64,000 nt of DNA from an uncultured Methylomirabilota bacterium. GTDB taxonomy: Bacteria; Methylomirabilota; Methylomirabilia; Methylomirabilales; 2-02-FULL-66-22. Shown here one piece after another: positions 46,928-61,703 of this stretch (positions are counted from its first letter, which is position 1; each line of letters starts with the position of its first letter). The translations under genes and the position numbers were made by a program. The notes below the pieces were generated by a model. The model worked only from the letters and a program-made list of their open reading frames with translations, did not search any database and had not been told where the DNA came from. Location of the stretch: assembly GCA_963705305.1 (NCBI GenBank), contig OY970067.1, positions 4,416,001 through 4,480,000 of the forward strand, written 5' to 3'.

Positions 46928-49222
46928 CTAGAAGCTGGTCCCAATATTGAAATCGACCACATTCGATCTCTCGCCCGGCAGGGGGGCCAGGTTGAATCCC
47001 CAGTCCACGCGGATGGGGCCCATTGGCGAGTTGAAGAGGAAGCCGACGCCGGCCGAGCGCTTGATCCGTCTCTTGTAGAACGCATCGAAGGTGTCCTGCT
47101 CGCCGTAGACGTTGCCGACGTTGAGGAACACCAGGCCTTTCAGTCGCAGCTTCTCGTTAATTGGGAACTGGATCTCGTTCTGCACGAAGCCCGCCTTGTC
47201 GCCCCCCATGGGGTTTCCGTTGACATCCTCGGGGCTCACGGTAAAGTTCCGGAAGCCCCGGATGCTGTCCATCCCGCCCAGCCAGAACCGCTCCTGCACC
47301 GGCAGGACGGATGTGCTGCCGAAGGGCTTGCCGTAGCCCAGGCTGAAATGCGTGTGCCAGACCAGTTTCCACCACACCGGCCGGTAATAGGAAATATCCA
47401 GGGTGTATTTCGTGAAGTTGTTATCGGCACCCAGGATGCCGCCGGCGTAGCTGGCCCCGCCGAGGATGTAGAGCCCGCTGGTCGGGTCGGTGGCGGAATC
47501 CCGGGTGTCCCGCACCAACTTGCCGGTGATGGCGCTGGTGTACGACACGCCGTTGTTTACCGCGGCCTGCTCCTGGATGATATAGGGCGCGTCGCTCGTC
47601 ACGTCCTTGATCCGAATCCGCTCAAGGGCGTACGTCAGCGAGCCACCCACCCGCTCGAACAGATGGTGGCCCACCAGCAGAGAGCCCCCCTGGTTGCTCT
47701 GATTGAAATCTTGGTACACCTGGTAGTTCGTGTCGGTGGCCCAGGCCTGAGGCTCCACCAGAAAGTTCGTATCCCAGAAGTGAGGGTCGCTGTACACGAA
47801 GTTGAGACGGTTGGCATACTGCCCGATCTGCGCTCCGACGCTCGCGGACTTCCCCATGCCGAACAAATTCTTCTGGGAGATAGTGGCCATCCCAAGGACC
47901 CCGTCCACGGAGCTGAAGCCGGCACCAATGGTGAAGGCCCCGGTCGGCTTCTCCTTCAAGTCGACCGTGACGTCCACCAGATCCGCGGCTTCGGTCCGCT
48001 TGGTGTCCATCTTGACGTCTTCGAAGTACCCCATGCTCATCAGGTTGCGCTTGCTGGCGTTCAGCAGGGCGCTGTTGAAAACGTCCCCCTCCACCAGGAA
48101 CAACTCCCGCCGGATGACCTTTTCCCGCGTCCGAACGTTCCCGTTGATCAGGATCCGGTGGATGAAGGCCTGCTGCCCCTCGGTAACCTCCAGCGAGATG
48201 TTCACTGTGGTGGTGGCCGTCTGGATGTCGGTCATCGGCGCCACATCCGCAAACAGGTAGCCCCGCTCGGAATACTTGTCGGTAACGGCGACCACATCCG
48301 TCTGCAGGGTCTCGCGGCTGAAGATCCCCCCGCTCTTGCTCTTCAGTAGCTTGCGGATGTCGGCCTCCGTGAACAGGCTGTTGCCTTTGATGCTGAGTGA
48401 GCCGATCCGGTACTGAGGCCCTTCCTGAAGCCGGATGACGATTTTCAGCTTCTTCCGCTTGCTGTCCACCAAGATCTTCGGGTCGTCGACCACGATGTCC
48501 AGATAGCCGTTGTCCAGATAGTAGGCTCGGATGCGATCGAGGTCCCGCCGCAACTCCTCCCGCTTCAGCGTGCCGCCGAAGAAGAACAGGTACACCGCAG
48601 AGGTCTCCATGTGGCTCTTGATGTCCTTGCTCTTCAGATGCTTGTTCCCCTCGATGACAATCTCGCCCACGTCGAACTTGGCCCCCTCCAAGACCTTGAA
48701 GGTCACCGAGACCTCTTCGGGCGAGACCCGCTCCTCCTCTCCCTCTACCCGCGCCTGGTAGTAGCCTTCGTCTTCGTAGTACAACCGGATCTTTTCGGCG
48801 TTCTTGGCCAGGGCGCCGGGCGGAACGATGGCGCCCTCGACCAGGTCGATCTTTGCCTTGATCTTCTCGGTACTGATCTTCTTGTTGCCTACGATATAAA
48901 TGACCTGGATGCTGGGCTTCTCGTGGAGCTCGAAGATCAGCTTCAGCCCCCCCTCGAAGATGGCCGCCCGCACGATGATGTCCTCGAAGTAGCCCAGGCT
49001 GTACAGCGACTTGATGTCCTCCCGGATCAACTCGGGGGAGTACGGGTCGCCCACCCGCGTTTTGAGCTTGAACCGGACGGTGGCCTCCTCCACTTTGTGG
49101 GCGCCGACCACGTCGATTTGAGTGACGAGCGGCTGGTCCTGTGCCCAACCGGCGCCGGCGGGGGCCAGGAAGAGGAGGCAAGCGGCTAGAATGGATAGAT
49201 GATAGCGTCGGAACAACGTCAC
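46928..49222 (-). CDS. bamA: Outer membrane protein assembly factor
   Basis: POTRA repeats (GN..T..KVIRRE), IRGF motif, SPMGPIRVD, C-terminal Phe. Confidence 0.96.
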   Translation of the reverse strand: MTLFRRYHLSILAACLLFLAPAGAGWAQDQPLVTQIDVVGAHKVEEATVRFKLKTRVGDPYSPELIREDIKSLYSLGYFEDIIVRAAIFEGGLKLIFELHEKPSIQVIYIVGNKKISTEKIKAKIDLVEGAIVPPGALAKNAEKIRLYYEDEGYYQARVEGEEERVSPEEVSVTFKVLEGAKFDVGEIVIEGNKHLKSKDIKSHMETSAVYLFFFGGTLKREELRRDLDRIRAYYLDNGYLDIVVDDPKILVDSKRKKLKIVIRLQEGPQYRIGSLSIKGNSLFTEADIRKLLKSKSGGIFSRETLQTDVVAVTDKYSERGYLFADVAPMTDIQTATTTVNISLEVTEGQQAFIHRILINGNVRTREKVIRRELFLVEGDVFNSALLNASKRNLMSMGYFEDVKMDTKRTEAADLVDVTVDLKEKPTGAFTIGAGFSSVDGVLGMATISQKNLFGMGKSASVGAQIGQYANRLNFVYSDPHFWDTNFLVEPQAWATDTNYQVYQDFNQSNQGGSLLVGHHLFERVGGSLTYALERIRIKDVTSDAPYIIQEQAAVNNGVSYTSAITGKLVRDTRDSATDPTSGLYILGGASYAGGILGADNNFTKYTLDISYYRPVWWKLVWHTHFSLGYGKPFGSTSVLPVQERFWLGGMDSIRGFRNFTVSPEDVNGNPMGGDKAGFVQNEIQFPINEKLRLKGLVFLNVGNVYGEQDTFDAFYKRRIKRSAGVGFLFNSPMGPIRVDWGFNLAPLPGERSNVVDFNIGTSF

Positions 49223-49304
49223 GGGCTCTCGCGGCTCAGGTGCTGCTGGTCACAAACCGAGCGCTCCGTTTTCGTCCGGAATCCATCGGCATAAACGCCG
49301 AGGG

Positions 49305-49333
49305 ACGTTACCACCATCCTTACGAAAAGCCAA
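49305..49333 (-). promoter_or_regulatory. Putative sigma70 promoter of bamA
   Basis: TTGGCT-N17-TAACGT with an extended TG. Confidence 0.4.
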
Positions 49334-49392
49334 GCACAAAGTGCCCCGGAAGGGGCACTTTGTATGGGAGGGAGAAAATGGAAGCTGCCCGG

Positions 49393-51828
<2,436 letters not shown>

Positions 51829-51954
51829 GTGCGGCTCCTCGTGAATCACACTCCGTGATTTCGCTGAACTCCCCGGACCCCGGCAAGAAAAACCGTCACC
51901 GCAGGCGGGTACCGCTGAGAGTATAGCTGACGAATCCGCCGCCGGAAAGGGGCA

Positions 51955-51998
51955 AATTCAAGGGTGAAAATTCGAAATTTGAATTTCGAAATTGAAAG
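51955..51998. repeat. Short AT-rich heptamer run (AATTCGA/AATTTGA)
   Basis: aaattcgaaatttgaatttcgaaattgaaa between lolD and clpC. Confidence 0.6.
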
Positions 51999-52037
51999 GG
52001 CTCGGCCGAGCCGAAAAGGCGAATTTTCGACCGGGAC

Positions 52038-52727
52038 TCAATCCACCATCCGGCCGTCCAGCATCCGCAGGATCCGATCGCTGCGCCGCGCCATCGCCTC
52101 GTTGTGGGTGACCACCACGCTGGTCAGCCGCCGCTCCCGGTTGAGCTGGCGCAGCAGCTCGAAGACCTCCTCCCCGCTCTTGCTGTCCAGATTGCCGGTG
52201 GGCTCGTCGGCCAAGAGCACCGCCGGCTCTCCCACCAGCGCGCGGGCGATGGCCACCCGCTGCTGCTCGCCTCCCGACAGCTCGCCCGGACGGTGCTTCA
52301 GGCGGCCGCCCAGGCCCACCCGGCTGAGCAGCGCCTCGGCCCGCATCCGAGCCTCCGCCGCCGGCCGGCGCCGGATGAGCAGGGGGAGCATGACGTTCTC
52401 CGCGGCGGTGAACTCCGGAAGCAGGTGGTGGAACTGAAAGACAAAGCCGACCTCCCGGTTGCGGAAGGCCGCCAGGGCCTGATCGCTCATCCCCGAGAGG
52501 GGCGTGTCGTTGAAGAAGATCTCCCCGCTGCTCGGCCGCTCCAGCGCCCCCAGGAGATGCAGCAGCGTGCTCTTCCCCACGCCCGACGGGCCCACGACGG
52601 CCACCAGCTCGCCGGGGGCCACCTGGAGGCTCACCCCCGTGAGGACGTCCAGCCACTCGCCGTCGCGGGCGAAGCGCTTGCACACGTTCCGGGCCGTGAT
52701 TCCCTCGCTCATCTCGACGCCCGTCAT
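52038..52727 (-). CDS. lolD: Lipoprotein-releasing ABC transporter ATP-binding protein
   Basis: GPSGVGKST, FVFQFHHLLPEF, LSGGEQQR, ADEPTGNLD motifs. Confidence 0.93.
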   Translation of the reverse strand: MTGVEMSEGITARNVCKRFARDGEWLDVLTGVSLQVAPGELVAVVGPSGVGKSTLLHLLGALERPSSGEIFFNDTPLSGMSDQALAAFRNREVGFVFQFHHLLPEFTAAENVMLPLLIRRRPAAEARMRAEALLSRVGLGGRLKHRPGELSGGEQQRVAIARALVGEPAVLLADEPTGNLDSKSGEEVFELLRQLNRERRLTSVVVTHNEAMARRSDRILRMLDGRMVD

Positions 52728-54007
52728 TCGTACCGGATGGCCACCACCGGGTCCACGCCGGCGGCCTGCCGCGCCGGAAGGATCGTCGCCAGTACGCTGA
52801 TGAGGAACGCCGTCACCGTGATGGCCACGACATCCGGCCAGAGGACGCGCGACGGCAGCTTATCCAGGAGATACACGTCCTGCGGGAAGGCCTGGAAGTG
52901 AAAGAGCCACTCGATCCCGGCCACGATGGGGTCCAGGTTGTGGGCGATGAGCAGCCCCGCCGCCAGGCCCAGCAGGGTGCCGGCGGCCCCGATGAAGACC
53001 CCCTGCACCACGAAGATGGCCATGATGCTGCGGGCGGTGGCCCCCATCGATTTCAGGATGGCGATCTCCTTCCGCTTCTGCATGACCAGCATGATGAGGG
53101 TGCTGACGATGCCGAAGGCCGCCACCAGAACGATCATGGTGAGGATGACGAACATGACGATCCGCTCCACCCTGAGCGCCGAGAAGAAGTTCCGGTTCAG
53201 CTCCATCCAGGTCCGGGTGAAGTAGGGAAAGGGCAGGCGGGCGCGGATGGCCTGGGCCACGGCGGGCGCGTTGTAGATATCCAGGATCCTGACCTCGATC
53301 CCCGTGACCGCCGAGCCCATGCGGAACAGCTGCTGGGCGTCCGGGATCCCGATCATGGCCAGCTTGGAGTCGAACTCGGCAAAGCCGATCTGGAAGACTC
53401 CCTGCACGGTGAACCGCCGCATCCGGGGGATCACTCCCAGGGGCGACAGGTCGCCCCCCAGGGGCAGTAGGACGTCCACGCTGCTGCCGACCCCCACACC
53501 CAGCGTGCTGGCCAGGAAGGAGCCCAGGATGATCCCGTCGGGCGGGAAGACCGGGTGCGGCTCGCGCATGGCGGCCAGTAGGGCCGGGCTGGCGCTCTTG
53601 AGCGTCTTCCGCAGATCCGTGGTATTCACGGCCGAGGCCAGGTCGATGCCGCGCAGGACGGAGCCTGCCGTGCGCCCGCCCGCCGTCAGCAGCACCTCGT
53701 TGTAGGTAAAGGGCGAGGCCGCGGTCACGCCGGGCACCTGCCGGACCGTTTTCAGGACCTCCCCCGGATCCTCGACCCCGTGCTCGCCGTAGCGCAGCAC
53801 CCAGATGTGGGCGTTGGTTCCCAGGATCTTGCTGCGCAGGTCGAACTCGAAGCCGCTCATCACAGCCATGACCACAATGAGCGCCATCACCCCCACGGCC
53901 ACCCCCGCCGTGGAGATCATGCTGATCACCGAGAGGGACCGCTGGCGCCGCCTGGCGCGGAGGTAGCGCAGGCTGATGAAGACTTCATAGGGAAGGGACC
54001 AGCGCAT
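52724..54007 (-). CDS. Lipoprotein-releasing ABC transporter permease (LolC/E)
   Basis: RYLRA, GVAVGVMALIVV..VMSGF, EIAILKSMGA, PARQAA.VDP motifs. Confidence 0.93.
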   Translation of the reverse strand: MRWSLPYEVFISLRYLRARRRQRSLSVISMISTAGVAVGVMALIVVMAVMSGFEFDLRSKILGTNAHIWVLRYGEHGVEDPGEVLKTVRQVPGVTAASPFTYNEVLLTAGGRTAGSVLRGIDLASAVNTTDLRKTLKSASPALLAAMREPHPVFPPDGIILGSFLASTLGVGVGSSVDVLLPLGGDLSPLGVIPRMRRFTVQGVFQIGFAEFDSKLAMIGIPDAQQLFRMGSAVTGIEVRILDIYNAPAVAQAIRARLPFPYFTRTWMELNRNFFSALRVERIVMFVILTMIVLVAAFGIVSTLIMLVMQKRKEIAILKSMGATARSIMAIFVVQGVFIGAAGTLLGLAAGLLIAHNLDPIVAGIEWLFHFQAFPQDVYLLDKLPSRVLWPDVVAITVTAFLISVLATILPARQAAGVDPVVAIRYE

Positions 54008-54044
54008 ATTCTTGACGCCCGGATCGGGCAGACGCTCCACGTCA

Positions 54045-54193
54045 TCAATGTAAAATTACAAACCGACAATGACAAACCGATCAACCGCCGGCATGGGCAA
54101 TTGAAAATTGATAACGAACAACCGACAACCGCTCACCCGGAAGCCGCCTCCATTGGCCGGTTTTCCATTGTCAGTTGTCGGTTTTGCATTGTC
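54045..54193. repeat. AT-rich palindromic heptamer cassette (CAATGAA/ACAACCG-like units)
   Basis: gacaatgacaaaccg versus cggttttgcattgtc, and ccgacaac versus gttgtcgg, form inverted arms. Confidence 0.7.
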
Positions 54194-55700
54194 CTTTGCT
54201 CGACCCTTCCCCTTCGTCCCCGCGGGTCTCGGGCCGCAGCAGCGGGAACAGGATCACGTCGCGGATGGAGGGGGAGTCGGTGAGCAGCATCACCAGGCGG
54301 TCGATGCCGATGCCCTCGCCGGCGGTGGGCGGCAGGCCGTACTCCAGCGCCCGCAGGAAGTCCTCGTCCATCAGGTGGGCCTCCTCGTCCCCCGCCGCCC
54401 GGGCCCGCACCTGGGCCTCGAACCGGCGCCGCTGCTCGCGGGGATCGTTCAGCTCGGTGTAGGCGTTGGCGATCTCCATGCCGGCCACGTACAGCTCGAA
54501 GCGCTGGACGTAGCGCGGATCGTCGGGCCGCGCCTTGGCCAGGGGGCTCAACTCGGCCGGGAAGTCGGTGACGAAGGTGGGCTGCTCGAGCCGGGCCTCG
54601 ACCAGCGCCTCGAACAGCTCCACCAACAGCTTGGCCCATCCCCAGGCCGGGTCCACCGACACGGCGCGCGCGGCGGCGGCGGCCCGCAGCCCCTCGGCCG
54701 TCTCCACGGCCTCGGGCGCCAGGCCGGCCACCCGCACCAGCCCCTCCTCCACGGAAAGCCGCGGCCAGGGCGGCGTGAAGACGATGCGACGGCCCTGGTA
54801 GACGACCGCCTCCTCGCCCTGGACCGCCCGCACGACGCGAGGCAGCAGCTCTTCCGTGAGGGCCATCAGGTCCCGGTAATCGGCGTAGGCGTGGTAAAAC
54901 TCCAGCATGGTGAACTCGGGGTTGTGGTGGGTGGAGACCCCCTCGTTGCGGAAGTTCCGGTTGATCTCGTAGACCCGCTCCAGGCCGCCCACCACGCAGC
55001 GCTTCAGGTGCAGCTCGGGCGCGATGCGGAGGTACAGCGTGAGGTCGAGGGCGTTGTGGTGGGTGACGAATGGCTTGGCCGTGGCGCCCCCCGGGATCGG
55101 CTGCATCATGGGGGTCTCGACCTCCAGGAAGCCCCGCTCGTCGAAGAAGCGGCGGATCTCGGCGATGATCCTGGCGCGCCGCCGGAACACCTCGGCCACT
55201 TCCGGGTTGGCGATGAGGTCCACGTACCGCTGCCGGTAGCGGACCTCCACGTCGGAGAGGCCGTGCCACTTGTCGGGCAACGGGCGCAGCGACTTGGCCA
55301 GCAGCCGCAAGGCGGCGGCCTGTACCGTCAGCTCCCCGGTCTTGGTGCGGAAGAGGCGTCCCTCCACCCCCAAAAAATCGCCGATGTCGATGCGCTTGAA
55401 CAGCCGGTAATCGGCCTCCCCCACCGCGTCCAGGCGGACGTAGAGCTGGATGCGGCCGCTCCGGTCCTGAATGTGGGCGAAGGAGGCCTTGCCGTGCCCG
55501 CGCACGGAAAGCACGCGACCCCCCAGCCGGACGGGCGGGGCCTCCGCCAGGGCCGCCGCATCGGCCGCCCCGTACCGGGTCACCAGCTCGCCAATGGCAT
55601 GGGAAACGGGAAAGGTGCTCGGGTAGGGGTCGATGCCCTCCTGCGCGAGCTCTTCCAGCTTCCCCAGGCGCTCGCGCAGGAACGCCGAAGAGTCTTCCAC
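54171..55700 (-). CDS. lysS: Lysine--tRNA ligase (class II)
   Basis: [42 protein letters not shown] motifs. Confidence 0.97.
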   Translation of the reverse strand: MEDSSAFLRERLGKLEELAQEGIDPYPSTFPVSHAIGELVTRYGAADAAALAEAPPVRLGGRVLSVRGHGKASFAHIQDRSGRIQLYVRLDAVGEADYRLFKRIDIGDFLGVEGRLFRTKTGELTVQAAALRLLAKSLRPLPDKWHGLSDVEVRYRQRYVDLIANPEVAEVFRRRARIIAEIRRFFDERGFLEVETPMMQPIPGGATAKPFVTHHNALDLTLYLRIAPELHLKRCVVGGLERVYEINRNFRNEGVSTHHNPEFTMLEFYHAYADYRDLMALTEELLPRVVRAVQGEEAVVYQGRRIVFTPPWPRLSVEEGLVRVAGLAPEAVETAEGLRAAAAARAVSVDPAWGWAKLLVELFEALVEARLEQPTFVTDFPAELSPLAKARPDDPRYVQRFELYVAGMEIANAYTELNDPREQRRRFEAQVRARAAGDEEAHLMDEDFLRALEYGLPPTAGEGIGIDRLVMLLTDSPSIRDVILFPLLRPETRGDEGEGSSKGQCKTDN

Positions 55701-55750
55701 TCCGCCTCCAGTGCGTGCGAAAGGTTGGAAAAATGTTGAAAATCGCGGGC

Positions 55751-55780
55751 ATTATAGGTGTGAGAGGCGGGAAGTGTCAA
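55751..55780 (-). promoter_or_regulatory. Consensus sigma70 promoter of lysS
   Basis: TTGACA-N18-TATAAT on the minus strand, about 50 bp upstream of the start. Confidence 0.8.
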
Positions 55781-55988
55781 GCCGCGGGCGCCAGGGAGAG
55801 CGCCCGCCCCGCGACGCCGCCCGTCGAGAAAGCCGTCCACCGTCTGGTGAAGCCGGAGAGCCGGACCTTCAGCAAGATGACCGCGCGGTCCGCCCGCTCC
55901 CCACTCGCCGTTTCTTGCGCCACCCTGCGCCAAGACGCTGCCACATCGGCCAGCTTCTGCTTCCGCTGGTCGCCAAATGTCCGGAAAT

Positions 55989-56053
55989 GACAATATTTTG
56001 TCTGTTTTTGACAAGATTTTTCGCTTGCACGGACTGGCGGGCTGCGATATAGG
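55989..56053 (+). promoter_or_regulatory. Operator-like palindrome plus putative sigma70 promoter of the surface-protein gene
   Basis: GACAA-N4-TTGTC (55989-56002), a second GACAA 21 bp downstream, then TTGCAC-N17-TATAGG. Confidence 0.45.
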
Positions 56054-59000
56054 CAAAGAAGGCGCTCCTGCATGGGCAGGCAGCGCGCTCCGGCCTTCGA
56101 CACCGGCGCTCGTACAGGAGGCCCCCGCCCATGTCGGATCCCGGATGGTGGAGAGTCCACCTTCTCCTCACGTGTCTCGCCGCGCCGCTGCCCATCCATC
56201 CGCCGCCCGCGGCTGCCCTCGAGCCGGCCCCGGCCGCCCGGGCCACCTGTGACCAGGACCACGGCGGCACCTGCCTCGTGCTGCGCCACCACTCCCTGCC
56301 TGCTGGGACGATCCTCGACTACGGCGACCGCCGCGTGGTCATCCGCAGCGTGCTGTCCCTGTCCTCCGGCCATGGCCCCGGCTCCCTCGCCCTCCGCACC
56401 ACCGGAGATCTCGAGTTGGCGCGAGACGGTCGCCTCGACGTCCGGGCCGACGGGCCCCGCGGCAGCGACGGGGGCGCGCTGACGCTCACCGTCGGCGGGA
56501 CCGCCACCCTGGAGGGCCAGATCGATCTGGACGGCGAGACGCGCCGGGGCAGCGGCGGCCACCTGACCCTCACGACAGGCGGCGCCCTCACGCTGAGTGC
56601 GGCCGCACGGATCACAGCGGATGGGGCCTCGGGAGGCACTGTGGAGCTTACGGCGGGCGGTGCCATCACCGTTGCCGGCGACATCACGGCGCAGGGAGAT
56701 TCCAGCCTCGGGCAGGGCGGGACGATCCGGCTTGCCAGTGCGGGGGAGACGTCCGTCACCCGCCAGGCGCATCTCCGGGTGGATGGGGCCAGGCCGGGGA
56801 GCCTCGCCGCACGGGCGGGGGGATCTCTTGGCTGGGATGGGGAGCTGTCGGCCGAGGGCGCTCCGGCGCCGCCGGAACCTTCATGGCGTCCTTCTGCGGT
56901 TCGGCCGCATCGCTGGCCGGCCGCCTCGAGGCGGGAGGTGAGGACGGAGCGAACGGCGGCGCCCTCACGGTGCAGAGTCGCGGCCCACTGACGGTCAGCG
57001 GACGGTTGGAAGCGTCGGGCAACGGCCATGGCGCCCGAGGCGGAACGATCCGGCTCGCGGCCGCGGCCGGGCTCGCCTTCACTCGGGACGCCCGCCTGGA
57101 GGCCGAGGGCCACCCCGATGGGACGATCAGCCTGGCGGCCCCGGATCCGCCGGAACCGGGCCGCGCCCGATTCGATCCGCCCTACCGCAGCGTCCCGCTC
57201 GGTCCCGTCTGCGGCATCAGCCCGCTGCAGGTGCCTCGGTCGCATCACACCGCGACCCTCCTTCGCGACGGCACTCTTCTCCTCGTGGGTGGACGCGACG
57301 CGACCGGTCCCCTGGATGCCATCGAGCGGTACTCACCGACCAGCAGGGCGTTCACGGCGCTCAACGTCTTCCTCTCCACCCCGCGGGAAGACCACTCGGC
57401 GACGCTCCTCCCCGACGGCCGGATCCTGCTCTTGGGCGGCCGGAGCCCGGCCGGCTCCCTGCTGGATTCCGGCGAGCTGTTCGATCCCACGCGGCAGGCC
57501 GTCACCGCGCTCGGCGTGCGGCTCCCCGCACCCCGGGCCGACCACACGGCGACCCTCCTCCTGGACGGGACAGTCCTGATCGCCGGCGGCACGGATGGTA
57601 CCCGTGTGCTGGATTCCACCCTTCGCTTCGACCCAGCCGCGCAAACCATTTCTCCGCTCTCGGCGCGGCTCTCCATTCCTCGTCGGGGACACACCGCCAC
57701 CCTTCTGCCGGACGGGCGCGTCCTGCTGGTCGGAGGATCGGGGACTGCCGGCCCTCCGCTGGATTCCGCGGAGCTGTTCGACCCGGCGACGGGCACGTTC
57801 GCGACCCTGGCAGCCGCCCACCCGTCGCAGGGTCACCTGGCCACGGCGCGTGTGGGGCACGCCGCCACGCTTCTCCCCGACGGCACCGTCCTGGTACTCG
57901 GCGGGACGGGGAAGGGCACGACCAGCTTGGCGAGCGGCGAGCTGATCGAGCCGGCAAGCGGGACGGTCTCGCCCGCCTCCACCGAGCTCCTCCGCGCGCG
58001 ACAGGACCATACGGCCACGCTTTTGGGGGACGGCTCGCTCCTCATCACGGGCGGTGTCGGATCGGGTCCCCTCGGGACGGCCGAGCGCCTGACGTTGGAT
58101 CGCCTCGATCAGTCCGCGCCCCGCGTGCGCGATGTGCAGCCGCCCGACCTGGCCACGGACGTTCCAGCGGACAGCCGGGTGGCCGTCCGCTTCTCCGAGC
58201 CGATCAATCCGGCAACCCTCACGCCGGTCTCGGGCCAGCTGTTCGACCCGACCACCATGCAGCCACTGGATGCCAACCTGGCTGTTGCCGAGGGAGGGCT
58301 CCTGGGCTTCTTCAGCCCGGCCGCGCTCCTATCCGCAGGTAGGATCTACGAGGTCCGGCTCAGTACCGCCATCCAGGATACCGGCGGGAATCCACTCATC
58401 CCCTTCACCAGCACCTTCTCCGTGCGGGCCCCGCCCCAGGCCCTCAGGCTTATCCCGGAGACGTACTCCCTCTCGACGGGCCAGACCGCAGTCTTCACCG
58501 TCCAACTCCCCGCCCCCGCGCCCGGGGACGTCCTGATCACTCTGGAGAGTGCCGACGCCGCCATTGCCACGCTGCCCGGCAGCGTCACGATTCAGCGCGG
58601 CATGTCGGAGGCGGCCGTGCAGGTCGCCGCCCGGGCCCCCGGAACCGTGAACCTCACTGCCAGTGCGACCGGGTACCTTCCCGCGAACAGCATCCTCAGC
58701 GTGAGCGCGGCCACCCTCACCGGCCTCGGCCTCGGCCCGAGCAATCCCACCCTCGTCGGGGGACAGGCACTCCATTTCTCTGCCACCGGCACGCGCAGCG
58801 ACGGAACGATTCTGGATCTGACCGGCGCCGTGAGCTGGACGAGCGGGGCTCCCCTGGTGGCCGGTGTCTCGGCCACAGGGCTCGTGACCGCAGTCAGCCC
58901 CGGGACGACCACCATTACCGCAACGTACCCTGGGGGACTTCTCGCTGTCACGAGCCTTACCGTCCTGCCGCCCCCGCCCGTCCTCACCGGCCTCGAGCCG

Positions 59001-61703
59001 GCCACCCTGGCGATCAGCCCGGAGCATACGGGCACACTCACGGTCACCATCGGGGCTGTTCAGTCCCGGGATACCGTTGTCAGTCTCGCCAGCAGCGAGC
59101 CGCTCATGGCGGCGGTCCCCGCCATCGTGACTATTCCCGCGGGCGCACTGAGCGCGAGCGTTTCCGTGACCGGGCGCCTCCCGGGAACCGTCACTGTCAC
59201 GGCCAGCCTTTCCGCCAGCCACGTGGAGAGCACCGTGGTTGTGAGCCGCGCGGCGCCGCCGCTCGCCGGCCTCCTCCCGTACGTGCTCCGCCTGGCGCCG
59301 GGCGCTTCCGGCCGGCTCACGGTCTCTCTCGGCGAGACCCCGGGCGGCGAGACCCGTCTGGCGGTCACTTCGAGCGCCCCCGGCGTCGTGGCAGCTCCGC
59401 CGGGCGGAATCGTCACGATTCCAGCAGGGCAGCGCAACCAGACGTTCGCTGTCACCGCAGTCGGACCCGGCCAGGCAACCATCACCGCCTCGCTCAACGG
59501 CAGAACGGCGCAGGCCGAGGCGGTCGTGACCGCCGCACCCCCTGCGGTCGTGAGCCTGGAGCCGCCCATCCTGTCCATCGCCGAGGGGGGCAGCGGCTTC
59601 TTCACGCTGACCATCGACGCCGCCCAACCCACGGACACGGAGGTCACGCTCGCCTCCGGCGATCCTCTGTGGGTGGAAGTCCCCGAGTCCATCACCATTC
59701 CCGCCAATTCATCCTCTGTCATCGTCCCGGTTACGGGAAACATCGCCAGCACGGTGATCGTCGAGGCCGCCCTCAATCAGAACACGATTGTGGCAGCCGT
59801 CATGGTGGATTGGACCCTCCCGCGACTCCAGGCGGTGACCTGTCCGGCTGCCGTTGCCGTGGGGGCCACCGGGCAGTGTCGTGCGACCATCCACCCTGCA
59901 CAGCTCATGGAGACCGAGGTGCACCTGGCCGCAGCGGTGCCCGGCGTGCTCGCCCTGCCGGACACGATCCACGTCCCCGCAAACACGGTCGAGGCCGCCT
60001 TCGATATCGTCGGAGTCGGCAGCGGCAGCACGGAGATCGCAGCCGGTCCGGTCACCGCGACCAAACAAGATGTCACCGTCCAGGTGGTAGCTCCGGGCCC
60101 GACGCTCGCAAACCTCCAGCCCGCCCCGATGGCGCTGGCGCCGGGCGTCACGACCCTCCTCACAGTCACCCTGAACGCGGCGCAGCCGACCGATACGCTT
60201 GTACCGCTGGAAAGCAGCACCGCGGGAGTCGTCCGCGTGCCGACCGGCGTCACCGTCCCGGCCGGCAGTCTCACGGCCGCGATTCCGGTGACGGGCCTGG
60301 CCGTCGGGACCACCACGGTGACCCTCGGGCCCCTGAACGGAACGCAGGCCGAGGGCTCCGTGACGGTGACGGAGGCCCTCCCCACGCTGGCCGAGGTTTC
60401 GGCGGAGACAGTCACCGTGATCGAGGGAGAGGCCGTGCCGCTGACGGTCACTCTCAGCGCCGCCCAGCCGGAGCCGACGGTGATCAACCTGGCAACCAGC
60501 GATGCGGACACGGTGGGGGTGCCTGCAACCGTCACGATCCCCGCGGGCGACCTGAGCGCTCCCCTTCCCGTCCTGGCGTGGATGTCCGGGGGAGCCAACG
60601 TGGCGATTGGGCCCCTGAGCGGCTCGAGCCAGGAGGTCGACGTCACCGTCGACCCGTGGGAGCTGCTCTCGCTGGCGGTCTCGCCGGCGGCGGCAACAAT
60701 CGCCGTCGGCGAAAGCCATCAGTTCATGGTGCAGGGGATCTACAACGACGGGACGATCGAGGACGACACCTGGTACGTGACCTGGGTTTCCGCCGAAAGA
60801 GACGTGGCCCGGATCCACACGTGGCCTAGCGCGGATCCCGGCATGGCCACGGCGCTCTCACCCGGCGCAACCACCATCACAGCTGTCGATGACTATTCGG
60901 AGATGACCACAACCGCAATACTCACCGTGACGTCCTCGGTGGTCACCAGCCTCGCGCTCACGCCGCTGGTGCCCGTCCGGGCGGTGGGAGAATCGGTTGC
61001 GTTCCGGGTTATTGGCACGTTCACGGACGGGCGGACCGAGGATCTCACGGTGACGGTCGTCTGGACCAGCAGCGACCCGGCGGTGGCGATCATTGCTTCC
61101 CCCGGCGGCCTCGCCACGGCCATAGCACCCGGCACCAGCACGATCACGGCCACGTATCCCGACGGGCCCAGTGCTAGCACCAGTGTAACCGTAGAGGTCC
61201 TGGCCCCTGCCGTCGACAGCCTGATTCCGAGCAGGGGACGACCCGGCATGTTGGTAAGCCTAGTCGGCCGTAACCTGGGGGCGACCAGCGATGTGCGCTT
61301 CAACGGGACACCAGCGACGTTCACCGTCCAGTCCATCACGCAGGTGAACGCCACGGTTCCCGCCGAGACCACCAGCGGCCCGGTCACGGTAACGACTCAA
61401 AGCGGAACGGCCACCTCCTCGGTCAACTTCATCGTAACCGGGATGCCGAAAGTGGCCGTCACGAGCCCTGCCGATGGGGCTTCCCTCACGGGGGACAGCG
61501 TGCAGGTGCGCGGGAGCGTCACGACCGACACGGAGGAGGTGGGGGTCGTGGTGAACGGGCTCGCCGCGCAGGTGAATGGCGGCGAATGGGTGGCGACCGT
61601 GCCGCTTCAGGTCGGCTCCAATGTGCTGACGGCCACCGCCACGGACGCCACAAGCGCCCAGGTCACGGCCAGCGTGACGGTTACGGTGGAGGATGCAACG
61701 ACA

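Noticed and set aside
57230..58090. Periodic ~150-bp DNA repeats
   Set aside because: Explained by the coding Kelch repeats.
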